A stretch of DNA of 63,739 nucleotides, the filler included, from Guillardia theta CCMP2712 (taxonomy: Eukaryota > Protista > Cryptophyta): the NCBI RefSeq assembly GCF_000315625.1. It is 6 parts of 6 records of this genome, joined end to end, with 100 filler letters (N's around TTAATTAATTAA, not from the genome) between each part and the next. Parts side by side here need not be neighbours in the genome. Positions count along the whole stretch, not along the records: positions 1 to 18,209 come from NW_005434485.1; positions 18,310 to 27,282 come from NW_005434573.1; positions 27,383 to 30,425 come from NW_005434085.1; 3 more parts are not named here. One strand, 5' to 3'. The first letter of the stretch is position 1. Every line of letters starts with the position of its first letter. The translations under genes and the position numbers were made by a program. A model generated the notes under the pieces. That model did not search any database, had not been told where the DNA came from, and was given only the letters and a program-made list of their open reading frames with translations. Positions 11,701 through 28,562 of the stretch are shown here, in pieces.

Positions 11701-14700
11701 TTGCTGTCAAGAGAAGGACGAGCGAGCTAGCTGCAGCAGCGTTGGAGGAGGACGAAGTGTGGAAGGTCTACATAGAGCTGGTTGCTACATCCCTCAGGAG
11801 AAGCCTGATGGATAAGAAGAGGGAGATCAGACAAGATGCGTTCAAACTCAGTAAGCCCTGATACTTTCTCTCCCCTCCCCTCCCCTCCCCTCCCCTCCTC
11901 TCCTCTCCCCTCCCCTTCCTTCCCCTCCCTCCTCTCCTCTCCTCCTCTCCTCCCCTCCTCTCCTCTCCTCTCCTCTCCTCCCCTCCCCTCCCCTCCCCTC
12001 CCCTCCTCCTCTCCTCTCCTTTGACTCTTCTACCCAGTCATGTCAGCAGCCTCCGTCTTCGACGAGTTCCACCGCGACCTCCTCCTCCTCACCCACGTCG
12101 ACGTGGAGCAAGATGTCAGCAAGAACTTGCTGCACATTCAGTTCCATCGCAGGATCAAGGCCATGCAACGGCTCAAGACGATCATAGCAGGAGGAGGGAT
12201 ACAACATTCCTCTCTCCGCCACATCCTCTGGCCTCTGATCTGGTACGCGATCATCGACCCGCAGGAGAAGGAGAGGATGAAAGCTACGGAGGGAGCATAC
12301 AACCTCTCGGAGGAAGCGGTGAGGACAGCAGGAGCTCTGTGCTCGCAGCTGCAATGGAGGGAGTACCGCGTGCTGCTGTGGTCGGCAATGCGGGAGCTAA
12401 CGATGGGCAGGGAGTACGAGAAGGAAATCATCAAGCTTGTTTGCTGCATCCTCGAACATTTCCACTTCGAAATCTCCTCCTCCTCCTCCTCCTCCTCGTC
12501 CATGGTTGTTGATGGAGCGGAGGGGTCGAAGGGGGAGGTGGCGAATGAAGAGACGAAGGAGGAGGACAAGGAAGGGAAGGAAGCGGAGGAGGAGGAGGAG
12601 GAGGAGGAGAAGCAAGTTCTAGTGCCTACCGGAGAGCAGGAGGACATTCAGGGTCACGTCGTGGAGAAAATCCTTCCATTCCTCCTCAAACACATGACGG
12701 AGAAGGTCTCGACGCTGGGGAGGGAAGAGAAGAGGGTTCAGCAGGGGAGACTGAGGGGTCAGATAGCGCTTGCAGTGGTCAGGACGCTGAAGCTCCTTCC
12801 TGAACAAATGCTTCGCTCCCGTCTCCTCCTCGTCGTCGGCGTCGTGTGCAACGCCCTCCGGTCGAGGGAGCAGGGGGACAGAGACAATGCAAGGAAGACG
12901 CTGGCAGAAATAGTCCGGTGCCTGGGCCCCTTCTACCTCAACTTCGTCCTCACAGAGGTCAAGCATGCTCTTCCTCTGGGTTACCAGCGGCATGTTTGCG
13001 GCTACACCATCTACTCTCTTCTTGAGTCCCTTGAGAGCATCTTAGCTGGGGAGCACCTGGTCCCCAGCATGCCTCTGATCCTCGAGGTGTACACGAGGGA
13101 GCTTGTGGGAGAGCTGGCAGAGGAGAAGGAAGTGGACAAGATCGCGCAGAAGCTGCGAGAGGCGAAGAGCACGAGAGCTTTCGATGCCGTCGAGCTGATC
13201 GGGCGATGCCTGAGCTTCGAGCTGGTGGAGACAACCGTCCTCCTGCCCGAGCACGAGTACGCACTGAGGAAGACGATCCTGGACGCGGGAAGCCTCAAAG
13301 TCAGGAGGAAGATGGAGGAGTTGTTGAGGAGACTGGGGATGGGACTGGCGGCCAACCCGTCGGTCAGCGACGCCAAGATGCTGATATGGGTGCACCAGTA
13401 CGTCGATCGGTACCTGCCGTCCTGTCTGCCTCCTGCCAAGGGAGCAGGGAAGGAGAAGAAGGAGGGCAAGAAAGGGAAGGAGGAGGTGGGAACGGGAGGA
13501 GGAGCTGTTGGGGAGGCAGGGCAGAAGAGGTCGAAGCTGCTGGAGAAACGGCCAGAACCTGCTGAGAAACTTCCCCCGCTCGGCCCAGCGTGGGAGAGGA
13601 AGTGCAGGACGCGGGAGGGAGTGAGCATGATGGAGGGAGGAGGAGGAAGGGGAGCAAGAGCGGGAGCGGGAGCGGGAGGGGCAGACGCTGTGAACAGGAA
13701 CGAGTACCTCCTGGTGGAGCTAGCGCTGACCCTCCTGCATGTCCGGCTGAAGAGGGAGAGCGTGGACTTGAAGAGCAAGGAGACGCTGCAGATGCTGGAC
13801 CCCTTCGTTCCCATCCTCACCCGCCTCATGCTCAGCAAGCACGACAGCATCGTCGTGCTCTCCCTCCGCTGCTTCACCCTCGTCCTCCCCGCCGGCCTCC
13901 CCGCAGTCCAGGAGGAGCTGCCATGGGCTCTCAGGAACATCTTCTGGCTGATGGAGCGAGGAGGAGGCACAGGGTCGCTGACGATGCAAGCATGCTTCCG
14001 AGCCGTCACCGTCCTCCTGCGGGAGGCGAAGAAGAAGATCAGCATGAGCCAGCAGCAGCTCCGCGTCCTCCTCTCCTTCGCACGTCAGGACCTGCAGGAA
14101 GCAGAGAGGCAGGGGGTAGCGTTCGCCCTGCTCCGCGCTATCATCGAGAAGAAGCTAGTGTGCGAGGAGGTGTACGACATCATCTCGTCAGTGTCAGAGC
14201 AGCTCGTCACCTCCCAGTCAGATCAGACCCGCGCTCTGTGCTCGCAGACTCTCCTCCTGTTCCTCCTCGACTACCCGCTAGGTGCCAAGAGGCTTCACCA
14301 GCACATGTGCTTCCTCATCCGCAACCTGGAGTACGAGTACGAGACAGGGCGGCAGGCCGTCCTCCTCCTCCTCCACCACCTCGTCGAGCGCTTCCCGCAG
14401 GAGCTAGTGGATCAGTTCCTTGACCTCCTCCTCCTCCCGCTCGTCGCCAGGATCGTCAACGACGAGTCGAACAAGTGCAAGGAACAAGTCGCTTCCTTGC
14501 TCAAGGCTCTGATCTCGCGCGCCAACAAGAAGCAAATCGACCATATCCTCGACTTCCTCCTTACCTGGTCCAAGGGGGAGGAGACGCTCCTACGCAGAGC
14601 TGCCGCGCAGGTGCTGGGGATCCTGGTGGAGCAGCAGGGGGCAGCAGCGGAGCGATACGTCGACTTGCTCTTTCCCCTGCTGGAGGAGGCAGGGGAGGAG

Positions 14701-15781
14701 GGGAGGACGAGGAAAGGCGAGTGGGAGACAGTTTACTTTCTGCTGTCCTCAGCGGAGAAGTTGCAAGCAGGAGTACCTAGGATCCAGGAGAGGAAGGGGT
14801 ACAAAGCTTCCTTCTCCCTCCTCCTCCACGCCGACCTCCTCCGTCACCCCCACCCTTGGGTGCAGACGGCAGCTGCTCGGCTGCTGGGCAGGGTGCTGGG
14901 CACGATTGACCCCAAGGCGGAGGGGAGGAAAGAGCTTGTCTCCCTCCTCCAGAAGTGCGGGGGAGCGTTCGAGGTCGCGCGATCTTTGTGCTCGCAGGTA
15001 GCTGGGGAGATGTTCGAGGAGAAGCTGGCGGAGCAGATGCTGAAGAACCTGGTACACTTGACTGCCGCCATGCACGCGAACAAAGAGATGGTTGGGGAGG
15101 AGGTGGAGATGGAGGACGAAGCGGGCTCTGCGAGCGAGGAGGAAGAGGAGGAGGAGAAAGAGAGTGGGAAGGCTGGCAGGATGAACGGGGTCGATCATGA
15201 AGAGGAGGAGGGGAATGGCACGGTCCCTGTGCAGAAAAAGGCGGAGGAGCAGGAGGAGGAGGAGGAGGTCAAAGAGGAAGAAGCTCCAAGAGCTGTTCGC
15301 TGGATTTTCGTGAGACTTTCTAACATCGGCAGAAGATACAATGGACAGAGAAGAGACTTCGTTTTCAAGGTCCTCCTCCTCCACCGTCCTCCCCACTCCT
15401 TCCTCCTCCTCCTCTCCACCGTCCCCCCATCCGACCACCACCACCACCTCCTCCTCCTCCTCCTCCTCCTCGTTTCGCTCCTTCGTCCTCTAACCCTTCT
15501 ACAGTTCTTCGCTGCCATGGGCATCAGGTTGGGCAAGTCAAAACTTCTTCCCCTCCTCCCTCACGTCGTCGCTCCTCTCTACCGAGCGCTCGAGACGGAT
15601 ACTGAGAGCAGCAAGGAGGAAGGAAGGAAGGAGCTGGCGCAGGAGGTCTGCGAGCTGCTGCAGGGGGTGGTGGGGCACGAGAAGTTCTACTCGTCCTACA
15701 ACCAGTGCAGGAGCAGGCAGAAGCAGAAGAAAGACAAGAGGAGAGCAGAGCGAGCCATGGCAAAGCTGCTCGACCCTGCTG
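5751..15781 (+). CDS. UTP20: U3 snoRNP/SSU processome HEAT-repeat protein UTP20 (DRIM); multi-exon, 3' end lost in gap 15889-16535
   Basis: N-terminal KKKTTRENRHRYLGFNERLEAVQVDV..SHFEQQIGKWGELNLTDDF..LPLLLHNK..LARDLRHEMYPFF. Central NLLHIQFHRRIKAM, LRSREQGDRDNARKTL..LGPFYL..GYQRHV, and FLLDYPLGAKRLHQHMCFLIRNLEYEYETGRQAV all match the UTP20 pattern. About 10 kb, consistent with a protein of >2000 aa. Confidence 0.93.
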
Positions 15782-16702
15782 GTACAGCCCCTCTTCCTCC
15801 CCCTCCTCTTGCTTCTCCTACCCCAAACCATCCACTACCCACCAGTCCTCCTCTCGCTCTTGCTCTTGCTCTTGCTCCTGCTCTCGCTTNNNNNNNNNNN
15901 NNNNNNNNNNNNNNNNNNNNNNNNNNNNNNNNNNNNNNNNNNNNNNNNNNNNNNNNNNNNNNNNNNNNNNNNNNNNNNNNNNNNNNNNNNNNNNNNNNNN
16001 NNNNNNNNNNNNNNNNNNNNNNNNNNNNNNNNNNNNNNNNNNNNNNNNNNNNNNNNNNNNNNNNNNNNNNNNNNNNNNNNNNNNNNNNNNNNNNNNNNNN
16101 NNNNNNNNNNNNNNNNNNNNNNNNNNNNNNNNNNNNNNNNNNNNNNNNNNNNNNNNNNNNNNNNNNNNNNNNNNNNNNNNNNNNNNNNNNNNNNNNNNNN
16201 NNNNNNNNNNNNNNNNNNNNNNNNNNNNNNNNNNNNNNNNNNNNNNNNNNNNNNNNNNNNNNNNNNNNNNNNNNNNNNNNNNNNNNNNNNNNNNNNNNNN
16301 NNNNNNNNNNNNNNNNNNNNNNNNNNNNNNNNNNNNNNNNNNNNNNNNNNNNNNNNNNNNNNNNNNNNNNNNNNNNNNNNNNNNNNNNNNNNNNNNNNNN
16401 NNNNNNNNNNNNNNNNNNNNNNNNNNNNNNNNNNNNNNNNNNNNNNNNNNNNNNNNNNNNNNNNNNNNNNNNNNNNNNNNNNNNNNNNNNNNNNNNNNNN
16501 NNNNNNNNNNNNNNNNNNNNNNNNNNNNNNNNNNNTGAGAAAGGGAAGAGGGCAAAGGCGAGACAAGAGTGAGGAGGAAATGAAGAGAGAGAGAGGAGGA
16601 GTGGGAAAGAAGAGGGAAGGAGGACGGGCAGAAGGTGGGAAAGGGGATAGCGAGGAAGGCGAGGAGAAAGAGGGTGGAGGAGGCACGCAGGTAGGGGAGG
16701 GA

Positions 16703-16932
16703 CCTGGCTGGTGAACGTTCCGATGAAAGCATCACAAGAAGCAAGGAGAACAAGGTCAAAGAGAACCTCTCGGAGGAACGAACCCTTCTCCTGCTCTCGC
16801 GTTACAAGCAGCACAGGCGGCAGCAGCACAAGAGGAGAAGGAGGAGGAGGAGGAGGACGAGCAGCACAAGAGGAGAAGGAGGAGGAGGTGGTGGACGAGG
16901 AGGAGGAGGACGAGGACGAGGACGAGGACGAG

Positions 16933-16965
<33 letters not shown>

Positions 16966-17253
16966 CAGCAGCAGCTCACGGCAGAGGATCGAAGAAGATC
17001 GTCCATGTGCAGACATCGCACGCCATGCGAGCAGTCGATTTCATCCTCCCCGCAACAGCTGGAAGTAAAAGGAGGAGGAGGAGGAAAAAGTGGAGGAAAG
17101 AGATCGAGGACGAATAAGAGGAACAGGAACACGATAACGAAGGCAAAGAGGCAAAGGAGAAGAAGATGGGAAGAGAGTAGGAGGAAGAAGACGAGGAGAG
17201 GTGAAGGACGAGGACGAGGACGAGGATGGGTGGAGGAAGAGAGGAGCAGGAGA

Positions 17254-17290
<37 letters not shown>

Positions 17291-18032
17291 AAAAGTGGTA
17301 GTGGAGGAGGCGGCGGCGGAGGGGGAGGAGGCAGAGGAGGAGGACTCACGAATATTTTTGTCTGTCATCGATGTCTTGGACGTCAAACTAATGGGAGAAA
17401 TGAGCGATTAAAAGAGAAGAGGCAATGGTAGGGTTGTGGTGACAACAAGAGGGAACATCGGCAAGGGTTGAGTCAATGGGAAACGTGAGGGAAAGAAGAG
17501 GGAAGAGAGAAGAAATCAGAGAGAGGGGAGGAGAGGAAGGAGGGGAGAGAGGGGAGAGGGAAAAGGTGGAACAGAGGAGGCAGGAGAACGGGAAAAGAGC
17601 GAGAAGAGAGAAAGAGTGAAAGGGAAAGAAAGAGAGAAAGAGAGAGGAGAGGAGAGGAGGAGGAGAGGAGAGGAGACGAGAGGAGACGAGGAGGAGGAGA
17701 GGAGAGGAGAGGAGAGGAGAGGAGAGGAGAGGAGAGGAGAGGAGAGGAGAGGAGAGGAGAGGAGGAGAAGAAACGCAGAGGCTACAAGCTGAGGGAAAGA
17801 GTTGGAAACGTTTTACCTGCAGGTGCGGCAGAGCATCTTCGAGTTGTTTGACTACTCCCTGACCTCCGTTGGTGGCGAGGAAAACATGACGAAAGCCATA
17901 CCTGAGAGGAACAACAATGAGGAGGAGGAGGAGGAGGAGGAGGAGGAGGAGGAGGAGGAGAAGGAGGAAGGTGGAGGATTGGCCTGCGACGTAGAAGACG
18001 TTGACGTAGTCTTCCCTCTCCTCGCTCACCCT
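16703..18032 (-). CDS. Fucosyltransferase-like (FUT8/GT23 fold) protein, partial, both ends uncertain
   Basis: Exons encode YGFRHVFLATNGGQGVVKQL and FLREVLFDLVLLASCDAFIGTFTSQ, matching the conserved 'VFLATD' and 'DxxLLSxCDxFxGTFSS' motifs of alpha-1,6/alpha-1,2/O-fucosyltransferases. Confidence 0.7.
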
Positions 18033-18209
18033 GAACTTAATGGTGTTGATCACCCTCTTGCTCGCCGTCCTGATCATTACAGTTACCGCAGCTGCTGCGA
18101 TCGCGATTGTCACCGCAGCCATCGTCCTTACCGGCAGCGGCGCGTCCGCTCTGGGCTAAAGCGTCTGCTGCGGCATGCTCTCCGAGGCGGAGGCGGCGCA
18201 GTCTCCAGC

Positions 18210-18309
18210 NNNNNNNNNNNNNNNNNNNNNNNNNNNNNNNNNNNNNNNNNNNNTTAATTAATTAANNNNNNNNNNNNNNNNNNNNNNNNNNNNNNNNNNN
18301 NNNNNNNNN
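18210..18309. other. Artificial 100-bp unsized-gap linker (44N-TTAATTAATTAA-44N); same at 27283-27382, 30426-30525, 42103-42202, 62523-62622
   Basis: Identical construct at five places; the 12-mer places stop codons in all six frames. Confidence 0.97.
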
Positions 18310-18334
18310 AGAGAGGAGAGAGAGAGAGAGAGAG

Positions 18335-18420
<86 letters not shown>
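18310..18420. repeat. (GA)n microsatellite
   Basis: Near-pure GA dinucleotide run next to an assembly gap. Confidence 0.95.
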
Positions 18421-18422
<2 letters not shown>

Positions 18423-20166
18423 AAGAGAAGAGAAGGAGGAGAAGAGAGGAGAAGATCACGGTTGTTGAGAGGAGTTTCGGGCCAACTGTCATGAGGGTCG
18501 CTGACTTGCTCCTGCCAGGCACTGTGTCGGATCCAAGTAAAGACAGGACTGAGCGACGTTGCATGTCGGGCTGCTGTATCGGATCATACTGAAATCCTTG
18601 CTTCTGGATAAGACTCTCCTCCACCAGCTGCTCCTTTGCTCAGTCTCGCTCTCTACCAGGCGCCCTCCTCCTCGTCTCGAAATCTTAAACGGACATGGTC
18701 CAAGTCGGAAGCAGGAGGCCAGCAGAGGAGGGGCGGTGCGATCAGGCGCGTACAATTCTGAGTTGGGGAAGGAGGGTGGAATGTCTGCGGTACCAGTGCG
18801 CTGCTCCTGTGCTCAAAGGCTGGTCGAGAAGAGACGTGGGCTCCCTCCTCGCATCGTTCTCGTCCTCGTCCTCCTGCTCTGCTCGCTCGGACATGTAGAG
18901 GCTCAGTCCAACACTACTTCCACCACCACCACCACGATCGGCTACGTCAGTTCGGTGCTGTACGGGAAAGATGATGTTGGATGCTCTGGGGGGGTGAAGG
19001 GATATCGGTAGACGAGGAGGAGAGACGATGATGGCGATGGCTGACTTGAGCTGTAGGTCCGTGCAGAACAACACCTGCGTATACCCTTACCAGAACACAA
19101 CGGTAGGAGAACATCTCGTCTCAGTCTTCCTCCAGCTTCTGTTCGCTGACTGACATGGTGGGAGCAGGGGAGGAGCTACACGTGTAAAGGAGGAGACGTT
19201 GGGTGGAGCGCTTGCTCTCAAGGTCGCGTCTGGTCTACATGACGTTCCCTGACGAAGAAGGAGCAGGATCAGTCAGCTCGACGTTCGTGCCGGAGGGCTC
19301 CAAGACCTGCGTCTCCTCCTTCGAAGGAAACTTCAGAGAGTTGAAATCCTGCCAAGAAGCGATGTATACACAGGTGAGAGAGGAGAGAGGAGAGAGGAGG
19401 AGAGAGGAGGAGGAGGAGAGAGGAGAGAGGAGGAGGAAGGTGGGGGGGGTGAGGGGGAGGACTTACATCGTTTGGCAGATGGGTCTTTGGTGTGGGATCT
19501 ACCAGTTCGAGACGTCTGACTGCGTCGGGGGAGGTGGAGGGGGGAGGTGAAAATCACAGTCTGACATGTCTGCAGTACTTGAAGTCAGACATCGTGTTTG
19601 AAGTCGGAAGGTGCACACCACAGGAAGGTGAGGAGAGGGAGGAGGAGGATACGAGCGAGAAGGGAGGAGGTGAAGAGTGAACGAGGAGGAGGAAGGAGGA
19701 AGGAGGTTGGAGAAGAGGAGGGGAGAGAAGGAGCCAAAGGGAAAAGGAAGTGCAAGGGAGAAGGAAAGAGAGAGCACAGGAGAAGATATCCGAGTTACTG
19801 TGACGAGAAGAAAGACAGGGAGGGATGGTGCAAGGGAGGGAGGGAGGAGGAGGAGGAGGAGGAGGAAGAGGAGGAGGCGGAGGAGGAGACGATAACAGTA
19901 TTCCTCTCTCGCAGGATTTGTTGGGACGTACAACCAGCGGCTGGAGTTGAACGAGGAGACGTCGGTGATCAGCTTCAGGAACAAATGTTTCCCCACCTGC
20001 GACTCAAACTGCCCAAATACCTTCATTCCTTTCTCAGACCCGAGCAAGGTTCGATCCTTCTCCAGCTCCAGCTCTAGCTCCAGCTCTAGCTCCAGCTCCA
20101 GCTCCCTCTGCCCCACCTACCCCTCTCCCTCTCGCCCCTATGCGTCCATCCATCCATCCGTTGTCC

Positions 20167-23149
<2,983 letters not shown>

Positions 23150-23284
23150 CGTCTTCTTATCCAAATCTGCCCCATTCCTCACCATCAAACTTCCAAGACA
23201 CATGTAGAGGCCTGACCTCCTCGCGATCGGAAACCTAGTTCGTGCTCCTTGTCCTCCGCCTTGCCTTTCGCGCTCTGTGGAACG

Positions 23285-23341
23285 AATAGCTTGCCTGCAG
23301 CTAAGTTGAGAACAAGCAGGAGCAGGAGCAGGGGCAGGAGA

Positions 23342-23408
<67 letters not shown>

Positions 23409-24290
23409 ACCAGGTTCAGCGAAGTTCCCTTGATCCAGCCGTGCGGCAGCCGAACGGGGACGAATCTGCAAAGTCTTTGCGGAGACTTGAGACTTCCGGG
23501 TCGCAGCTCCCAGGGCCGAGTGAATGTTCCTGACTTTACGAGGTTGAGATGGGGCGTGGGGAACGTTCTTGAGCTTGCTCTGCAGCTTCTCCTGCTGGCC
23601 GTCAGATGAAGGGAAGAGTGTCGGGCGGGGGAGTCGGGGAGGACCTGGATCGCATTGTTCTCGACGGTGTAAGGAGACGTCTGCTGGCTGGAAAGATCGT
23701 AAGAGCACGCACGGGAGGAAAGGGAAGGGCTCACTCCCACGACGAGACCCTGGCCTGTTTCGACTTCTCCTCCAGCAACCTCATGAGCTCGAAGCTGAGG
23801 CTGCAGGAGCAGCAAGTCAGCGATCAGAGTCTCCGACGGGCCTCACGCACTCTGAAGAGCTCTTCACATCCTTCTTTGCCGTCTCCTTCTGCCCCCCCAG
23901 GCCAACACCTGCCCATATGCTCGAAGTGTTCCGATCGCCATCGCCCGTACCGGACAGGACAATGTCCGCGTCTCGGCTGCGAAGAGAGGAGGCCTGCCAG
24001 CAGGTCACAACACAGTACAGGAACGAGAACTTCAGTGTACCGTCTGTCTTGATGATGCTGACTTCACTTTGCTCTTTCCAGCACCCTACAGCAGGTCTGA
24101 GACAATGGTCTGATTCAAACCTGTCCCACCTGAGCCGCTAGGTACTTGGAGGATACATTCTTGATGTCAGCTAGAGGTCGTCTCTGACCCAGCAACGTGT
24201 AAGAGGAGGAACTCACACCATGAGCATCAAGTGCAACACAGCATAAAATTCATCTCACCGTCTTCACCGATTTCATGGTAGGTACCTGCG
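23285..24290 (-). CDS. Hypothetical multi-exon protein
   Basis: Series of GT-AG bounded, coding-like segments (LSFELMRLLEEKSKQARVSSW; VKSGTFTRPWELRPGSLKSPQRLCRFVPVRLPHGWIKGTSLNL). No family recognised. Confidence 0.35.
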
Positions 24291-24779
24291 ACATTTGTGC
24301 GTAGTATGCACTAGGTCCTGTGCTGGCACCTCTTCCTGCTGTGCGCGTTCTTACAAGAAGGAACTTGGCATGCAATAGGCAGTCTGTCCCTCAGACACAT
24401 GAAGTTCCTCCCTTCTACCCTCCTGCTTTTCCTGCTGCATATTGATGGCCTTTCCTATGGCTCAACCTCGTTCCTCTGCTCCCCTACACGTCCTCTCCCC
24501 TCCCCTCATCTCCTCTCCCCTCATCTCCTCTCCTCTCCTCTCCTCTCCTCTCCTCTCCTCTCCTCTCCTCTCCTCTCCTCTCCTCTCCTCTCCTCTCCTC
24601 TCCTCTCCTCTCCTCTCCTCTCCTCTCCTCTCCTCTCCTCTCCTCTCCTCTCCTCTCCTCTTCGCTCTTCGACGATCCTTCCTGCTCCGCTCCCATCTTG
24701 CAACTCCATGGCCCCTCGAGCGCCCTGTCCTCGCCTTGCCCTTCCCTGCCTGGCTCCGTTGCCATAATGTCTTGAATGG

Positions 24780-25080
24780 CCCAAGGGCGGGAAAGAAAAG
24801 AGGGGTGGGTCATGAGGATTTGCAGGGGTGGGGGTCATTATTACTGGGGTACAGAGAAACAAGAAGCGGAATTTCTTGAAGTTACGAAATAATTTCAATA
24901 TTGGGAGAATCTTTTGGGAGAAGTACGTTAGGGACGGGGTACTTTCTCATTTACTTTACTGATATATTGAGGGTGTATTGAAAATTTCTATTGTGGTCAA
25001 CAATTAGATATGGAAGTGGGTGGGGTCATTTGAAAAGTGACCTTCAGGGTGGGTAGTGCTCTAGACTGACGGGTAGAGCT
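24780..25080. promoter_or_regulatory. GGGT-rich intergenic block between divergent genes
   Basis: Repeated GGGGT/GGGTA/GGGTG words in AT-richer DNA between a minus-strand start (~24290) and a plus-strand start (~25290). Confidence 0.4.
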
Positions 25081-25161
25081 ACACGGGAAAATTCTTTGCA
25101 TGCACCACGAGAGCCCGACGATGGGAGGGGCGGAGGAGAAGGAGGAGGAGGAGGAGGTCGG

Positions 25162-25213
<52 letters not shown>

Positions 25214-25287
25214 GAGTGAGACGGAGACATCAAGGAGAACAGGAGATGGTGGGTTGAGATGATGAAGAGCGCGCTCTCGCAAAAAAG

Positions 25288-27131
25288 ATGCCGTATACAC
25301 GCACGAAGGAAGAGTGGGATGGGAGGTAGCAAGGAGAAACAGCGCCATAGGAGCAGCTAGGTACACACGTGAGTTTGATCAGGACAGAGATGAGTATTGA
25401 TGTTGGCTGGAAGCAAGGATTGTGCCTTGCACTGAATCTGGCGATTGATTTGCGAGAGGGCAAGGAAGTATTAGCTGTAGACAACTGCTTGCATATCCTT
25501 GTGGCATGATGAGAGTTAAACTGATTGCTATGACTGTGCAGGTTGCCTGTGAGAAGCCTTCAGCGAGCATGGTGGGACCGCATGCCATGTGAATCGCCAC
25601 TGACTCGTTTCGAAGGAGGACGGCATGGATGACGATATTGCCCTGCTCTCGCAGGTGCAGCAAGACTCGGACGATGACGTTGGTGAGGACGAGCTCCAGG
25701 CTCCTGCCCCCTGGTGACGGTCACTTGTCTCAGACCCCGAGCTGCTGCAAGCGCTGGGAGACTCGGAGGACGAAGAGAGTGAGTGGAGAAGTATTGACCA
25801 TGTTAGGTGACTTGCGGTAGCAGAGCCTGCAGCGAGCCAGACCACGGAAACTGCGGAGACGAACAATGACTTTGCGTGAGACAAGCTCCCCTGCTGCTTC
25901 TGCTCCTGCTTGACATTCCCTTGCAGCAAGAAGTTGGACGGCTCGAGGAAAGCATACCTCTTCAAGAGATCAGTCGTTTTTGCCAAGAAGTCGACGGGTG
26001 AGGGTGCGACTGTCTTGGTGGCGACTTGTGACTGAGCCCGCAGCCTTCGACCAGCCGCGAGACATGCCGGTCAACGACCTCAACGTCTCTCCCCCTTGCT
26101 CCCTCCCCCTCCTGTCCCGTTGACCCTCGCGCCGAGTGCAGGTAGGAGGAGACAACAATGCTTCGCCAGCGGCTGAGAACAAGGTGATCCTGCCTTGCTG
26201 GGTCGTGTGGACTGACGGGAAGGCAGGCGGAGAAGGAAGAGGTTTGCAAGTACAGGTGAGGAGAGGCAGGTTGCGAGGGTCCGGAGCGCTCACGTTGTGA
26301 TCGTCGACAGTTCGATTCGAATCAAAGAGAGGACGGTGAGAAAGGCTGGTGGGGTGGGACTGATGTGTCGGCTCTGACATCTGCTGCCAGATTCCAGTTG
26401 CTCTTCTTGATAGCTACCTGCAAGCCAGGTAGAAGCGTCGAGTGACGGTGATGACGTGCGTTGACATGCCCTGTAGAACCTTCGTCCGGCTCTCCAACCT
26501 GAAGAAAGTCCCGGAGAGCGGCGACTGGTGAGGGAGGAGGAGGAGGAGGGTAGGGAAAGATGACGCAAGTCAGGGTTACGATCGCGGTGGTTGTGCATAG
26601 AAGCTCAACGAGGGGCTCGAGCAACGGAGGTATGTTGACGGAATGAGATGGAGGAGAGGAGGGAGGGAGGGAGGGTCACAGCTGGGAGGAGGAGGGGAGG
26701 AGGAGATCGAGGAGGAGGAGGAAGGGGAGAGGGAAGGAGTGCTGACGATGCCGTGCAGGGAAGTACACGATATGGGGGCTGAGCGATCTGAAAGGAAACT
26801 CAATGGTGAGGAGGGGAGGAGGTGGAGGCTGGCAGATGGTGACGTGGCTGGTAGATGTTGATGCTGTTCGGGGAGGCGTACGAGAAATTCTGGAAGGAGG
26901 GGGAAGGGATCGTCGTTGCCGTGCTGAACGGGAAGAAGAAGGACGAGCAACCTGAGGCCTCGTCCAAGGGAGCAAGCAAGGACCCGTCCTTCAGCGTTGA
27001 CTACCCCGGGTGACTCTCGCTGCGCCTGCGGAAGGCGGCAGACAGATGGGAGTGGGCTGAATGTTTGCATGCAGGCAGATTGTTATTCTTGGTAAGGCGC
27101 GGGATTACGGCAAGTGCAGATCCCTGAGAAG
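25288..27131 (+). CDS. Hypothetical multi-exon protein, 3' end lost in gap
   Basis: Spliceable exons: EDGMDDDIALLSQVQQDSDDDVGEDELQAPA|DPELLQALGDSEDEE, KKLDGSRKAYLFKRSVVFAKKST, DVDAVREAYEKFWKEGKGIVVAVLNGKKKDEQ. The last donor (~27132) precedes an (ATG)n intron running into a gap. Confidence 0.45.
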
Positions 27132-27154
27132 GTAGTGGAGATGATGATGATGGA

Positions 27155-27245
<91 letters not shown>

Positions 27246-28562
27246 ATGATGGAGATGATGATGATGATGATGATGATGATGANNNNNNNNNNNNNNNNNN
27301 NNNNNNNNNNNNNNNNNNNNNNNNNNTTAATTAATTAANNNNNNNNNNNNNNNNNNNNNNNNNNNNNNNNNNNNNNNNNNNNACGAAAGCGCTCATGAAT
27401 ATAGGCGATGCCCAACCGGAGGTTGGACATCAACCACTGCAAGCCCTTCGGCCAATCTGAGGTGGCCATAGGTGGAACCGGGGGCACATCCGTAGCAGAA
27501 TGAGGGTCGGCATCAGCAAGGTCAGGTTGATCATCCTCGTCAGGCAGGACATTCGCAGTACAGGCTGATGCATCGGATGCCTTCGCAGGGCCCCCGGAGA
27601 GGGGCGGCGGAGAGTCAGCGCCTGCAGCTGGAGACTGAGAAACATCAGCTGAGGAATCAAGCTGAAACAGTCGGCGGTAGGCATCATCCGAGCTGGATGA
27701 TGAGGAGTCCGGAGAGGAGGGGGAAGCAGCACCAGGGGCCGCTGGGCGCTTGTCCTCCTCCCCCTCCCCCTCCCCGGTCTGGCCATTGTCAGCATCCACA
27801 AAAGACCTTTGTGATGAGGCGGGCTCGACCCGCGGAGAGCCCTCAGTCAGGTTGCGACCGCTGAGGTCGACAATGGCGGTGGGGGAGGGGGAGAGAGGAG
27901 CCACGGGAGGCGACTGGAGGAGGGAAGGGGACCCCAGCAGATTCCCTCCGGATACACGACGCAGAGCAGGAGAGAAAGGAGTGCTGCCGAGTCTGCGCCT
28001 CTGGGCCTGAGCTACCCAGCGTCGAAAGAAGGAACGCCGGTAGATGCGCAAGCTGGACTGACGAGCAGGAGTTCGGCACTTGGGGGAGAGCCTCCGCTTG
28101 AACAAACCCATTGGAGATAAAGAAGGGTGAGCCGAGCGACATGGTATCGCCCGTAAAGCCCAAGGTAGATCTCGACGCCTCATGCCAGTAACAGGTAGTG
28201 GAGCCAAACTTGAATGTTGCGATAAGCAAGGTTGAGCCACTGGAGGTAGAGCGGAAGGGCGTCGCATGCCAGTCCCACCGTACAAGGGAGAGGATCAGAA
28301 CAGAGCACAAGTGAAACCTAGTGCCATGAGGTCTCGACAGAGCCCAAGATACCAAGTAGCATGCAGATGGCCGCCAGGAAAATTCAAATTTTTGAATGAA
28401 AACAGGGAGAACCTGAAGAAACTCGACGAATGGTGTGAGGAGATGACAGAAACGCTCACATGTGAACGAGGAAGTCGAAAAACGGTAGAGATGGAACACA
28501 GAAAGCAGGAAAACCCCGGGGACAGGGGGCCCTGGCCGTCGGGGGGGGGGGGGGTGGGGCTC

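Noticed and set aside
13011-14045. 344-aa minus-strand ORF
   Set aside because: Antisense to the GC3-rich UTP20 exon; no independent features.
12040-16572. 1510-aa ORF taken as a stand-alone gene
   Set aside because: It is the large internal UTP20 exon read through introns and an N gap.
18254-18265. Recurrent TTAATTAATTAA palindrome (also 27327, 30470, 42147, 62567) resembling a piggyBac TTAA site or biological motif
   Set aside because: Always centred in exactly 44+44 Ns; an artificial six-frame-stop gap linker.
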